From NCBI GenBank assembly GCA_948512295.1, contig CAOQRA010000003.1, forward strand, positions 1-60,297: a DNA stretch of 60,297 nt, written 5' to 3'. The number at the start of each line of letters is the position of its first letter. The stretch's first letter is position 1. This stretch comes from an uncultured Eubacteriales bacterium (GTDB lineage: Bacteria; Bacillota; Clostridia; Christensenellales; UBA1242). A program made the position numbers and the translations under genes. Below the pieces are notes generated by a model. The model did not search any database and had not been told where the DNA came from. It saw only the letters and a list, made by a program, of their open reading frames with translations. Positions 1-7,904 of the stretch are shown here, in pieces.

Positions 1-2
1 AT

Positions 3-185
3 GGAGTAAATGAGAATATTTTAGCAAAAGATCTAGATATTCCTTTAAATCATATTGAAAAGATTTTACAAGGAAAAGTTGAACCTAAAGCAAATTTATT
101 AATTAAGTTATCTATATATTTTTCATGCACAATAGATTATCTAGTTGGTTTTAGTGATAATGAAAATAAACATAGAGTTATTTAA
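3..185 (+). CDS. XRE-family HTH protein, C-terminal fragment (5' end outside window)
   Basis: Frame 3 is open from the window edge to TAA at 183-185. Translation ends ...KANLLIKLSIYFSCTIDYLVGFSDNENKHRVI, the same C-terminal ...DYL(V/L)G(F/L)xD signature as the complete XRE-type ORFs at 220, 554 and 40015. Confidence 0.55.
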   Translation, partial: GVNENILAKDLDIPLNHIEKILQGKVEPKANLLIKLSIYFSCTIDYLVGFSDNENKHRVI

Positions 186-219
186 TAATATCATAAATTA
201 GTTCTGCTCCTTAAACCTT

Positions 220-429
220 TTAAAAATCAACTAACCCTAACAAATAATCAACTGATGTTTTAAATTCAACCGCTATTTTCATAAGCATAGTTAAATTAGG
301 CTCTAACTGCCCTGTCTCCCATTTCGCGATTTTGGAATGATTAGTTCCTAAAAGTTCCGCAAATGCTCTTTGAGATAAACCATTTTCATTTCTCAAGTCT
401 TTAATTCTATCTTTAAACTTCAATTCCAT
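220..429 (-). CDS. XRE-family helix-turn-helix transcriptional regulator (69 aa)
   Basis: LSQRAFAELLGTNHSKIAKWETG is a classic Cro/C1-type HTH. Paralogous to the 554..763 product. Confidence 0.75.
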   Translation of the reverse strand: MELKFKDRIKDLRNENGLSQRAFAELLGTNHSKIAKWETGQLEPNLTMLMKIAVEFKTSVDYLLGLVDF

Positions 430-553
430 AATAAAAGTATATTTTTGAAATACGAAATTACAAATCTTGCTTCAATTTTTGAAACACAATTTGTAAAACA
501 ATTGACAATAAATGAAAAAATATGTAATAATTAAATATTCCTATATGGAATAA

Positions 554-763
554 TTAGTCAGTGAGCCCTACTAGATAATCCATAGAAGCTTGAAACTCAA
601 CAGCAATTTTCATCAATAACTTTACTGGTGGAATTAGGTCGCCATGCTCCCATTTTGCAATAGTCGATTGAGAAACGCCAAAAAGTTTAGCAGCCTCTTC
701 TTGTTTAAGCCCCATATCTTTTCTTGCTTCTTTAAATCTTTCAGGGAATTTAAAAATTTCCAT
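554..763 (-). CDS. XRE-family helix-turn-helix transcriptional regulator (69 aa)
   Basis: LKQEEAAKLFGVSQSTIAKWEHG HTH. Same length and C-terminal MKIAVEFxxSxDYLxGL as the 220..429 product. Divergent from 841..1128. Confidence 0.75.
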   Translation of the reverse strand: MEIFKFPERFKEARKDMGLKQEEAAKLFGVSQSTIAKWEHGDLIPPVKLLMKIAVEFQASMDYLVGLTD

Positions 764-840
764 ATTAAAATTATATTCTTTTTTGGAATTATTTACTCAA
801 TTATTCTTGTACGGAATATTACATTAAAAGGAGGTAAAAA

Positions 841-1128
841 ATGAAAGTCAAGATTGATAATGAGAAAATTTTTATTTATATGGCGCTCAACAATTTGACA
901 GAAATTGCCATTGCAAATAAATGCCAAATTGGATTAAGCCAAGTAAAATCATTGCTAAGGCAGCCAAGCCGCACCATAAGCGCGACTACCCTTATCAAGT
1001 TTTGCCAAGGGACAGGCTTAAAATTTTCAAACATATTCACTATTGAAGAGAGTAAAAGTTTTGAAAATATATATATTGATGTACTAAATGACTATTATGA
1101 TGACGATAACCGCATAAAAATAGCATAG
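841..1128 (+). CDS. small HTH-like protein (95 aa), Cro-like partner of the divergent XRE gene
   Basis: Strong RBS AAAGGAGGTAAAAA before the ATG. LTEIAIANKCQIGLSQVKSLL resembles an HTH. Divergent from 554..763. Confidence 0.5.
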   Translation: MKVKIDNEKIFIYMALNNLTEIAIANKCQIGLSQVKSLLRQPSRTISATTLIKFCQGTGLKFSNIFTIEESKSFENIYIDVLNDYYDDDNRIKIA

Positions 1129-1129
1129 T

Positions 1130-1205
1130 GAGATTTCTTCACTGCGCGCCCACATGTCACCTCAACCGTAATTGGAGAGGTCTTGAGCGCTTAGGTCGAA
1201 ATGAC
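1130..1205. repeat. GC-rich dispersed repeat element, copy A
   Basis: About 85 percent identical over ~75 nt to copy B (1310..1383). Read on the minus strand it starts GTCATTTCGACC and ends GAAGAAATCTC. Confidence 0.7.
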
Positions 1206-1309
1206 AAAAATGAGCCATTAAGTGGCTTATTATAAAATGACTTGAGATAAATTTGCGCTTCACGTATTTTTTTAGAATATACTTCTTTTTTTCAATCATC
1301 CATCAGCTT

Positions 1310-1383
1310 AGATTTCTCCACTGTGCGCCAGCATGTCACCTCAACCGTAGCGGAGAGGTCTTAGGCGCTTCGGTCGAAATGAC
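1310..1383. repeat. GC-rich dispersed repeat element, copy B
   Basis: Direct repeat of copy A. Shared core CATGTCACCTCAACCGTA...GGAGAGGTCTT.GCGCTT.GGTCGAAATGAC. Confidence 0.7.
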
Positions 1384-1561
1384 TAGGAAGCTAATATTTC
1401 TGCCTACTTTTTTAAAGTAGGTCGTTTCAAGGGGTTTGGGGGAAATCGAAATCCCCCAGCTTAGTATACTTTTCACGCTGAAAAGTATTTGCTTTTTCTT
1501 TTGTAAGGCTTTTCTTGCAAGCAATAACAAAGAAAAGTTTTTTTTATAAATAAAACAATAT

Positions 1562-1594
1562 AAAAAAAGATATGAAAACTCATATCTTTTTTTG
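1562..1594 (-). terminator. intrinsic terminator after tuf (bidirectional shape)
   Basis: AAAAAGATATGA-AAAC-TCATATCTTTTT hairpin flanked by A and T tracts, 19 nt beyond the tuf stop. Confidence 0.75.
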
Positions 1595-1612
1595 ATTTTC
1601 TATTCGAATCTT

Positions 1613-2815
1613 TTACTCAACGATTGCAGTAACAACGCCTGAACCAACTGTTCTGCCACCTTCACGGATAGCGAAACGAAGACCTTGTTCGATAGCAACT
1701 GGGTTGATAAGAGTTGCAGTCATATTTACGTGGTCACCAGGCATAACCATTTCAACGCCTTTCTCAAGTTCGATAACACCAGTGATATCGCAAGTACGGA
1801 AGAAGAATTGAGGTCTATAACCATTGAAGAATGGAGTATGACGGCCGCCCTCTTCTTTCTTAAGAACGTATACTTCAGCTACGAACTTAGTATGAGGTTT
1901 GATTGAACCAGGTTTGCAAAGAACTTGTCCCTTTTCGATTTCGTTTCTTTGAACGCCACGGAGAAGAAGACCAGCATTGTCGCCAGCGATTGCAGCGTCA
2001 AGAGATTTGTGGAACATTTCAACGCCTGTTACAACAGTTGTCTTAGAAGAGCCAAGACCAACAAGTTCTACAGTGTCGTTTACTTTAATTTGTCCACGTT
2101 CTACTCTACCAGTAGCAACAGTACCACGACCAGTGATTGTGAATACGTCTTCTACAGGCATCAAGAATGGTTTATCAGTTTCTCTTTGAGGTTCAGGGAT
2201 AAATGAATCAAGAGCGTCAAGAAGTTCTTGAATTGGTTTGCAAGCTGGGTCATCAGCTTTGCCAGCTTTAGCTGCTTCAAGAGCTTGAAGAGCAGAACCT
2301 TTGATGATTGGAGTTGTATCTCCTGGGAAGCCGTACTCAGAAAGAAGATCACGGATTTCCATTTCAACGAGTTCAAGAAGTTCTGGGTCGTCAACTTGAT
2401 CAGTTTTGTTCATAAATACAAGGATGTAAGGAACGCCAACTTGTCTTGCAAGAAGGATGTGCTCTCTAGTTTGAGGCATTGGTCCATCAGTTGCAGCAAC
2501 AACGAGGATAGCTCCGTCCATTTGTGCAGCACCTGTAATCATGTTTTTGATGTAGTCAGCGTGTCCTGGGCAGTCTACGTGTGCGTAGTGACGTGATGCT
2601 GTTTCATACTCAACATGCGCGGTGTTGATTGTGATACCACGAGCCTTTTCTTCTGGGGCTTTATCGATATCAGCGTAGTCCATTTTTTGTGCGTTTCCGA
2701 TGAGAGCGCTATACATAGTAATAGCTGCAGTCAAGGTTGTTTTACCATGGTCAACGTGTCCAATTGTACCAACGTTAACGTGTGGTTTACTTCTAACATA
2801 TGCTCCTATAGCCAT
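1613..2815 (-). CDS. tuf: elongation factor Tu
   Basis: 400 aa. [17 protein letters not shown] and NKTD GTPase motifs. Last gene of the rpsL-rpsG-fusA-tuf order. Confidence 0.98.
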   Translation of the reverse strand: MAIGAYVRSKPHVNVGTIGHVDHGKTTLTAAITMYSALIGNAQKMDYADIDKAPEEKARGITINTAHVEYETASRHYAHVDCPGHADYIKNMITGAAQMDGAILVVAATDGPMPQTREHILLARQVGVPYILVFMNKTDQVDDPELLELVEMEIRDLLSEYGFPGDTTPIIKGSALQALEAAKAGKADDPACKPIQELLDALDSFIPEPQRETDKPFLMPVEDVFTITGRGTVATGRVERGQIKVNDTVELVGLGSSKTTVVTGVEMFHKSLDAAIAGDNAGLLLRGVQRNEIEKGQVLCKPGSIKPHTKFVAEVYVLKKEEGGRHTPFFNGYRPQFFFRTCDITGVIELEKGVEMVMPGDHVNMTATLINPVAIEQGLRFAIREGGRTVGSGVVTAIVE

Positions 2816-2907
2816 AATTTTAAATCTCCTTTTTATTTTTTACTTAGTCATTTTAACATATATTTATTTTTTTTCAAAACGATTTTACAATGTTTTTAAG
2901 AAAATTT

Positions 2908-4983
2908 TTAATTCTTTTTAGCTCTAGCGCCGATAATACCTTCTGCAATAGAGCGTGGAACTTCTTGATATTTCTCAAATTCCATAGTATAAGTGCCTCT
3001 GCCTTGAGTTTGAGAGCGCAAATCAGTTGCATAACCGAACATATTTGCAAGTGGGACTTCCGCATTGATTACTTGTACGCCTGGCTTAGTTTCATTTCCA
3101 GTGAGAAGTCCGCGGCGAGATGTAAGATTGCCCATAACAGTGCCAAGATATTCATCTGGAACTTCAACTTGAACTTTCATGATAGGCTCGAGTAGAACTG
3201 GGTCTGCTTTCTTAGCTCCGTCTTGGAACGCCATAGAACCAGCAATTTTGAACGCCATTTCTGAAGAGTCCACTTCGTGATAAGAACCATCTACAACTGT
3301 AACTCTGAAGTCAACGCATTCATATCCAGCAACCACACCATTGTGGCTTGCTTCTTGAATACCATTGTTTACAGGTTGAATATACTCTTTAGGAATAGAA
3401 CCACCCACAGTTTTGTCAACAAATTCATAGCCACTGCCAGCTGGAAGAGGTTCCATTTCAATAACGCAGTGTCCATATTGACCTTTACCACCGCTCTGAC
3501 GAATAAATTTACCCTCTGCTTTAACAGCTTTTCTTATAGTTTCACGATAACTTACTTGTGGGTCACCTATATTTGCTTCCACTTTAAATTCACGAAGAAG
3601 ACGATCTACAATGATTTCAAGGTGAAGTTCGCCCATACCAGAGATAAGCGTTTGACCTGTTTCTTGACTTGTTGTTACACGGAAAGATGGGTCTTCACGC
3701 ATAAGTTTAGCAAGCGCGAGAGCCATTTTCTCTTGCATATCTTTAGTTTTTGGCTCGATAGCAAGTTGAATAACTGGGTCTGGGAATTCCATACTCTCAA
3801 GTTGGATAGGATGTTTTTCATCACAAAGAGTGTGTCCAGTGATTGTATCTTTAAGTCCTACAATGGCAGCAATATCACCTGCCCCAACTTCTGGAATTTC
3901 TTGACGAGTGTTAGAGTGCATACGAATTAGACGTCCAACGCGCTCCTGCTTGCCAGTGTTTGAGTTGTAAACATAGCTTCCCGCAGTAAGTTTACCCGAG
4001 TAAACACGGAAGAATGTAAGTCCGCCAACATATGGGTCAGTCATAATCTTAAATGCAAGACCTGCAAATGGAGCGTCCTCGCTTGGAGCGCGGGCTTCCT
4101 CTTCGCCAGAGTCTGGATTGATACCTTTAATATGTTCAATGTCAAGAGGCGATGGAAGATAATCTACCATTGCATCAAGAAGCATTTGAACACCTTTGTT
4201 TTTGTAAGAAGAGCCGCAAAGAATAGGTACAAGTGTTTTAGCGATTGTAGCTTTTCTGAGCGCAGTTTTAAGCTCTTCCAAACTGATTTCATCGCCTTCA
4301 AAGTATCTTTCAAGAAGAGCGTCATCAGTTTCTACGATTTTTTCCACCATTTCGTTGTGGAGTTTTTCTGCTTCAGCTTTAAGCTCAGCAGGAATGTCGG
4401 TAACTTCAATTTCTTTGCCCATGTCATCTTTATATATTTCAGCTTTCATGGTCATAAGGTCAATGATACCTTTAAAGTTGTCCTCAGCTCCAATATTGAG
4501 TTGAATTGGAAGAGGATTTGTTTTTAATCTTTGACGGATTGATTCAACGCAGCCCATAAAATCTGCGGCATCTCTATCCATCTTATTTACATATATGATT
4601 GCTGGTACTTTGTATCTTGTAGCTTGGCGCCATACAGTTTCAGTTTGAGGTTGAACTTTATCGCGTGCAGAAAGCACAAGCACAGCTCCGTCAAGCACCT
4701 TGAGTGAACGCTCAACTTCAATTGTGAAGTCAACGTGTCCTGGGGTGTCGATGATGTTAATTTTGTGACCTTTCCATTGACAAGTGGTGCAGGCAGATGT
4801 GATTGTGATACCACGTTCTTGCTCCTGTTCCATCCAGTCCATGGTTGCGGCACCGTCATGAACCTCGCCAATTTTGTGACTTTTACCAGTGTAGTACAAA
4901 ATACGCTCGGTAGTGGTCGTCTTACCAGCATCGATGTGAGCCATAATACCAACATTTCTAGTCATGCGTAAATCTTGAGCCAT
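2908..4983 (-). CDS. fusA: elongation factor G
   Basis: 691 aa. [17 protein letters not shown] and NKMD motifs. Lies between rpsG and tuf. Confidence 0.98.
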   Translation of the reverse strand: MAQDLRMTRNVGIMAHIDAGKTTTTERILYYTGKSHKIGEVHDGAATMDWMEQEQERGITITSACTTCQWKGHKINIIDTPGHVDFTIEVERSLKVLDGAVLVLSARDKVQPQTETVWRQATRYKVPAIIYVNKMDRDAADFMGCVESIRQRLKTNPLPIQLNIGAEDNFKGIIDLMTMKAEIYKDDMGKEIEVTDIPAELKAEAEKLHNEMVEKIVETDDALLERYFEGDEISLEELKTALRKATIAKTLVPILCGSSYKNKGVQMLLDAMVDYLPSPLDIEHIKGINPDSGEEEARAPSEDAPFAGLAFKIMTDPYVGGLTFFRVYSGKLTAGSYVYNSNTGKQERVGRLIRMHSNTRQEIPEVGAGDIAAIVGLKDTITGHTLCDEKHPIQLESMEFPDPVIQLAIEPKTKDMQEKMALALAKLMREDPSFRVTTSQETGQTLISGMGELHLEIIVDRLLREFKVEANIGDPQVSYRETIRKAVKAEGKFIRQSGGKGQYGHCVIEMEPLPAGSGYEFVDKTVGGSIPKEYIQPVNNGIQEASHNGVVAGYECVDFRVTVVDGSYHEVDSSEMAFKIAGSMAFQDGAKKADPVLLEPIMKVQVEVPDEYLGTVMGNLTSRRGLLTGNETKPGVQVINAEVPLANMFGYATDLRSQTQGRGTYTMEFEKYQEVPRSIAEGIIGARAKKN

Positions 4984-5079
4984 TTTTATAAATTCCTTTT
5001 CTTAAGATTTATAACCACTTTAAGGCAGGTTATAACCGCCTTTTATTAAGCTTTTTCAAAATTTTGAATTTTTGTGATG

Positions 5080-5300
5080 AGTCGCAAGGCTTCAAATCTC
5101 AACCTTGCGTCCCCTCAACGTCCATCTGCGCACGAGAGTTATTGAATTTTAGCGCTTAGAACAAGTTAGGCAAGGCTTAAATGCAAAGCCTATCTTCTTC
5201 CAACGCATTTCTTCGCACGAGAGTTGCCGCAAATCGCCAACAAAGTGCGATTTCGTTTGGCGGCAGAGTGCGGACTGCGGCGTCCTGACCATAGGAATTT
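5080..5300. repeat. GC-rich hairpin cluster with an internal ~25-nt direct repeat in the rpsG-fusA spacer
   Basis: CAACG.....TC..CGCACGAGAGTT occurs twice, with the exact 12-mer CGCACGAGAGTT at 5129-5140 and 5214-5225. At least five 6-8 bp GC-rich stems are present, for example CGCAAGG/CCTTGCG, AGGCTT/AAGCCT and GCGTCCT/AGGACGC. Confidence 0.5.
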
Positions 5301-5344
5301 ATGTTAGTAAATTCCGAGGTTGTAAAGCCGATAGGACGCTCTTT

Positions 5345-5818
5345 TTACCACTTGAAATGTGCAAATGCTTTATTAGCCTCAGCCATTCTATGCATCTCAT
5401 CGCGGCGTTTGATTGAAGCGCCGGTAGAATTGTAAGCATCGAGAATTTCGCCAGCGAGTTTAGCATCCATGCCACGCTCACCGCTTCTTTTTCTAGCAAA
5501 TGCCACAATCCAGCGAATAGCAAGAGTTTGACGTCTTTCTGGTCTAATTTCCATAGGAACTTGGTAAGTAGCACCACCTACACGTCTAGACTTGGTTTCA
5601 AGCACAGGTTTTACATTTTCAACTGCAGTGTTAAAAACTTCAAGAGCTTCGCTGCCAGTCTTTTCTTTAATAATATCGAATGCGCCATATACAATTCTTT
5701 GAGCAAGACCTTTCTTTCCGCTTTCCATAACTTGATTTACAAGTTTAGTCACAACCTTTGAGTTATAAATTGGATCAGGAAGGCAATCTTTTTTAACAGC
5801 GCTATTTCTTCTTGGCAT
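5345..5818 (-). CDS. rpsG: 30S ribosomal protein S7
   Basis: [11 protein letters not shown]... Start moved from the ORF-track start to ATG 5818, which is preceded by AAAGGAGGAAATT. Confidence 0.95.
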   Translation of the reverse strand: MPRRNSAVKKDCLPDPIYNSKVVTKLVNQVMESGKKGLAQRIVYGAFDIIKEKTGSEALEVFNTAVENVKPVLETKSRRVGGATYQVPMEIRPERRQTLAIRWIVAFARKRSGERGMDAKLAGEILDAYNSTGASIKRRDEMHRMAEANKAFAHFKW

Positions 5819-6000
5819 AATTTCCTCCTTTATAAATTTTTGATTAATACTTTTTTTCAGCGTCAACTAACTATTACAAGAAGTACGAACTTGCTTGCAA
5901 GGGTAAGTGCACCGTAGCCTAAAAACAATTTTGAAACACAAGCAAAATGCGAGTGAAATCAATTCATTGATTAGGTTGCTTTAGCAACTTTTCAAAATTG

Positions 6001-6381
6001 TTATTTTGTTTTCTTAGGACGCTTAGCGCCGTATTTTGAACGGCCTTGTTTTCTGTTGACCACGCCAGCAGTATCAAGTGTACCACGTACAATATGATAA
6101 CGTACACCAGGAAGGTCCTTAACTCTGCCACCACGAACGAGAACGACACTGTGCTCTTGCAAGTTGTGTCCTACGCCTGGGATGTAGCAAGTTCCCTCTT
6201 GACCATTTGAAAGCTTAACTCTGGCAATCTTACGGAGAGCTGAGTTAGGTTTTTTAGGAGTTGCAGTACGAACTGAAAGACAAACTCCTCTCTTTTGAGG
6301 GCACTCTTCAAGAAGAGGTGCTTTAGATTTTTTCTCAAAAGTTTTACGGCCTTTTTTAACAAGTTGATTTATTGTAGGCAT
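6001..6381 (-). CDS. rpsL: 30S ribosomal protein S12
   Basis: [12 protein letters not shown]...[27 protein letters not shown]. Confidence 0.97.
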   Translation of the reverse strand: MPTINQLVKKGRKTFEKKSKAPLLEECPQKRGVCLSVRTATPKKPNSALRKIARVKLSNGQEGTCYIPGVGHNLQEHSVVLVRGGRVKDLPGVRYHIVRGTLDTAGVVNRKQGRSKYGAKRPKKTK

Positions 6382-6406
6382 TTTTTCCTCCTTTTAAAAA
6401 TTTGTC

Positions 6407-6436
6407 TAAAAAATTCACGACTTTGTTGTCGTGAAT
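6407..6436 (-). terminator. intrinsic terminator-like hairpin 25 nt upstream of the rpsL start codon
   Basis: Minus strand reads ATTCACGAC-AACAAA-GTCGTGAAT followed by TTTTT. The stem is a perfect 9 bp. Confidence 0.6.
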
Positions 6437-6540
6437 CTAAAACTCTAAATAATGCGTATCAAACATGAACAACACGATTGTCTAGTTTAGACAACTCCAC
6501 TAAAAAATAGTGAATCAGCATCATTTCCATATGGGAAACT

Positions 6541-6671
6541 TCAAAAACTTTATAGAAACCAGCAAGTCAAGGCTCGACGCCGTTTTCGAGTATAAGCTTA
6601 GTAAAACCTAAGTGCGTACGAGAAAACGGTGGCAGAAACGCAGAATTGCGAAGTTTATATGAAGTTTTTGA
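6541..6671 (-). repeat. long imperfect inverted repeat (~130-nt hairpin) inside the rpsL upstream region
   Basis: Outer arms TCAAAAACTT/AAGTTTTTGA, inner arms CCGTTTT/AAAACGG, apex CTTAG-GTTTTA-CTAAG. Confidence 0.5.
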
Positions 6672-6731
6672 CACTTGTTGTTTGTTTATACCTGTTTAGG
6701 GCAGCCTCCGACAACGAAGCATACGTAGGCT

Positions 6732-6760
6732 ATTATACTCCGGCACCGCCATGTTGTCAA
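6732..6760 (-). promoter_or_regulatory. consensus sigma-A promoter (TTGACA-N17-TATAAT)
   Basis: Minus strand reads TTGACA acatggcggtgccggag TATAAT. An exact consensus with a 17-nt spacer, ~345 nt upstream of rpsL and just downstream of the stop of the 193-aa ORF. Confidence 0.7.
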
Positions 6761-6789
6761 GTAAAATTTGCATACTTTTATAAATATTT

Positions 6790-7371
6790 TTAAACCTCTT
6801 GAGTTTGCTGCGACAAATGTGAAAATCGCATTCTTCCCGCAAGCTCTGGCGTAGGGAATGTAAGTGTGCAGCCGCTTGCCTCGAAATAATTATCTTCCTC
6901 ATAAAAAGGGTCTTCTACCAATCTAATATTATTTACCAAGCAAAAGTCATCAATGAAATTAGGACATTCGCATAACTTAAACCAAGACTTATCCACCAAC
7001 TTGCACTGTCTACGAAATTTTAAAGACTTGATTATTTCTGGCACGCCTGCACTAAGAGAGGCTAATGCAATTCCTACACACCCGCCGCCTATGATAGGAT
7101 TATTAAAACCTGTCAAAAAGTTAGCAAGTGCGCCACCTATTGCACCTAAAGCTAAAATGCCTGAAAATATACCCTTGCCTAGATTCAAGTCGTAAACCAT
7201 GGAGTTTTTAAGCAATGTATTTACTATATAATTAAAGACAAAATCAGATTTTTTCATTTCCTTTTCAAATTCCTCTCTGCTGCCGCAAAGAGAAGAATGT
7301 CCGTGCTTTTCGCTTAGCGCAATTTGCTCATCTATATAATTATTAATAACTTTTTTGTAATTCATACTCAC
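6790..7371 (-). CDS. hypothetical membrane protein with a central glycine-zipper segment (193 aa)
   Basis: GIFSGILALGAIGGALANFLTGFNNPIIGGGCVGIALASLSAGV is flanked by soluble N- and C-terminal parts. Overlaps the upstream ORF by 4 nt. Confidence 0.6.
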   Translation of the reverse strand: MSMNYKKVINNYIDEQIALSEKHGHSSLCGSREEFEKEMKKSDFVFNYIVNTLLKNSMVYDLNLGKGIFSGILALGAIGGALANFLTGFNNPIIGGGCVGIALASLSAGVPEIIKSLKFRRQCKLVDKSWFKLCECPNFIDDFCLVNNIRLVEDPFYEEDNYFEASGCTLTFPTPELAGRMRFSHLSQQTQEV

Positions 7372-7883
7372 CCCAAACTAGACTCATCAATCACTGGCTT
7401 AACTTCCCAATAGTCTATGCACGCGATTGCTTTGTCTGCATTATTGACAATTTTGATGTCATTTTCTTTTATAAATTTTTCTACATAAACTGGAAGATAT
7501 CTAAGTTGATCCCATTCATGTAATAGCCTTGAATCGCGTTTATTTAATTTATATACTTTCGCAACTTCGTTAAGTTCTAGCTTGTCAAAATCTGATAGTT
7601 TTTTATCCAAAACATCCTCGGTTAAAACCTCTTCGCCTCCTTCGCTTGTGAGTAAACACATAAGCGCATTTAAAAAATAACGTACAGGGAAATTTTTAAC
7701 AAAAATCTGCCTTTTTAAATATGGGCGCAAAACATCTCTTTCAATGCATTCTATATTTTTTATACAGGAGCGCGACCTTTCCATATGTTCGTCCCTATTA
7801 CTGATATAATATTCGCCATCCAATATAGCTTCTCGAACTTTATAGGCTCTTACAATTTCATAATAATTTTTCTGATTTTTCAT
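7368..7883 (-). CDS. hypothetical cytoplasmic protein (171 aa)
   Basis: RBS GAGGTAAAA. Starts 21 nt after the ligA stop. No motif recognised. Confidence 0.6.
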   Translation of the reverse strand: MKNQKNYYEIVRAYKVREAILDGEYYISNRDEHMERSRSCIKNIECIERDVLRPYLKRQIFVKNFPVRYFLNALMCLLTSEGGEEVLTEDVLDKKLSDFDKLELNEVAKVYKLNKRDSRLLHEWDQLRYLPVYVEKFIKENDIKIVNNADKAIACIDYWEVKPVIDESSLG

Positions 7884-7904
7884 TTTTACCTCAAAAAAAG
7901 TATA

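Noticed and set aside
1130-1383. Possibility that the two 75-nt direct repeats are a mini CRISPR array.
   Set aside because: There are only two imperfect (~85 percent) copies, the repeat is too long (75 nt), the spacer is 104 nt, and no cas genes occur anywhere in the window.
1437-1458. TGGGGGA-AATCGAAA-TCCCCCA hairpin and similar GC stems at 5088..5107, considered as tRNA T-arms or tRNA remnants.
   Set aside because: Loop lengths (8-13 nt) and the flanking sequence do not fit a cloverleaf. No acceptor or anticodon arms could be built.
1336-1530. 64-aa ORF downstream of tuf.
   Set aside because: It is read straight through repeat copy B and several hairpins (the ...VISTEAPKTSPLRLR part is the repeat). 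This is a typical spurious ORF generated by this repeat family.
3277-3930. Long antisense ORFs opposite highly conserved genes, for example 217 aa opposite fusA, 220 aa at 46273..46935 opposite hslU/hslV, 185 aa at 7990..8547 opposite ligA and 134 aa at 11057..11461 opposite pcrA.
   Set aside because: Each lies fully inside a confidently identified gene on the other strand. The translations are low-complexity (Phe/Ser/Leu/Asn-rich) and lack an RBS, as expected for chance antisense ORFs.
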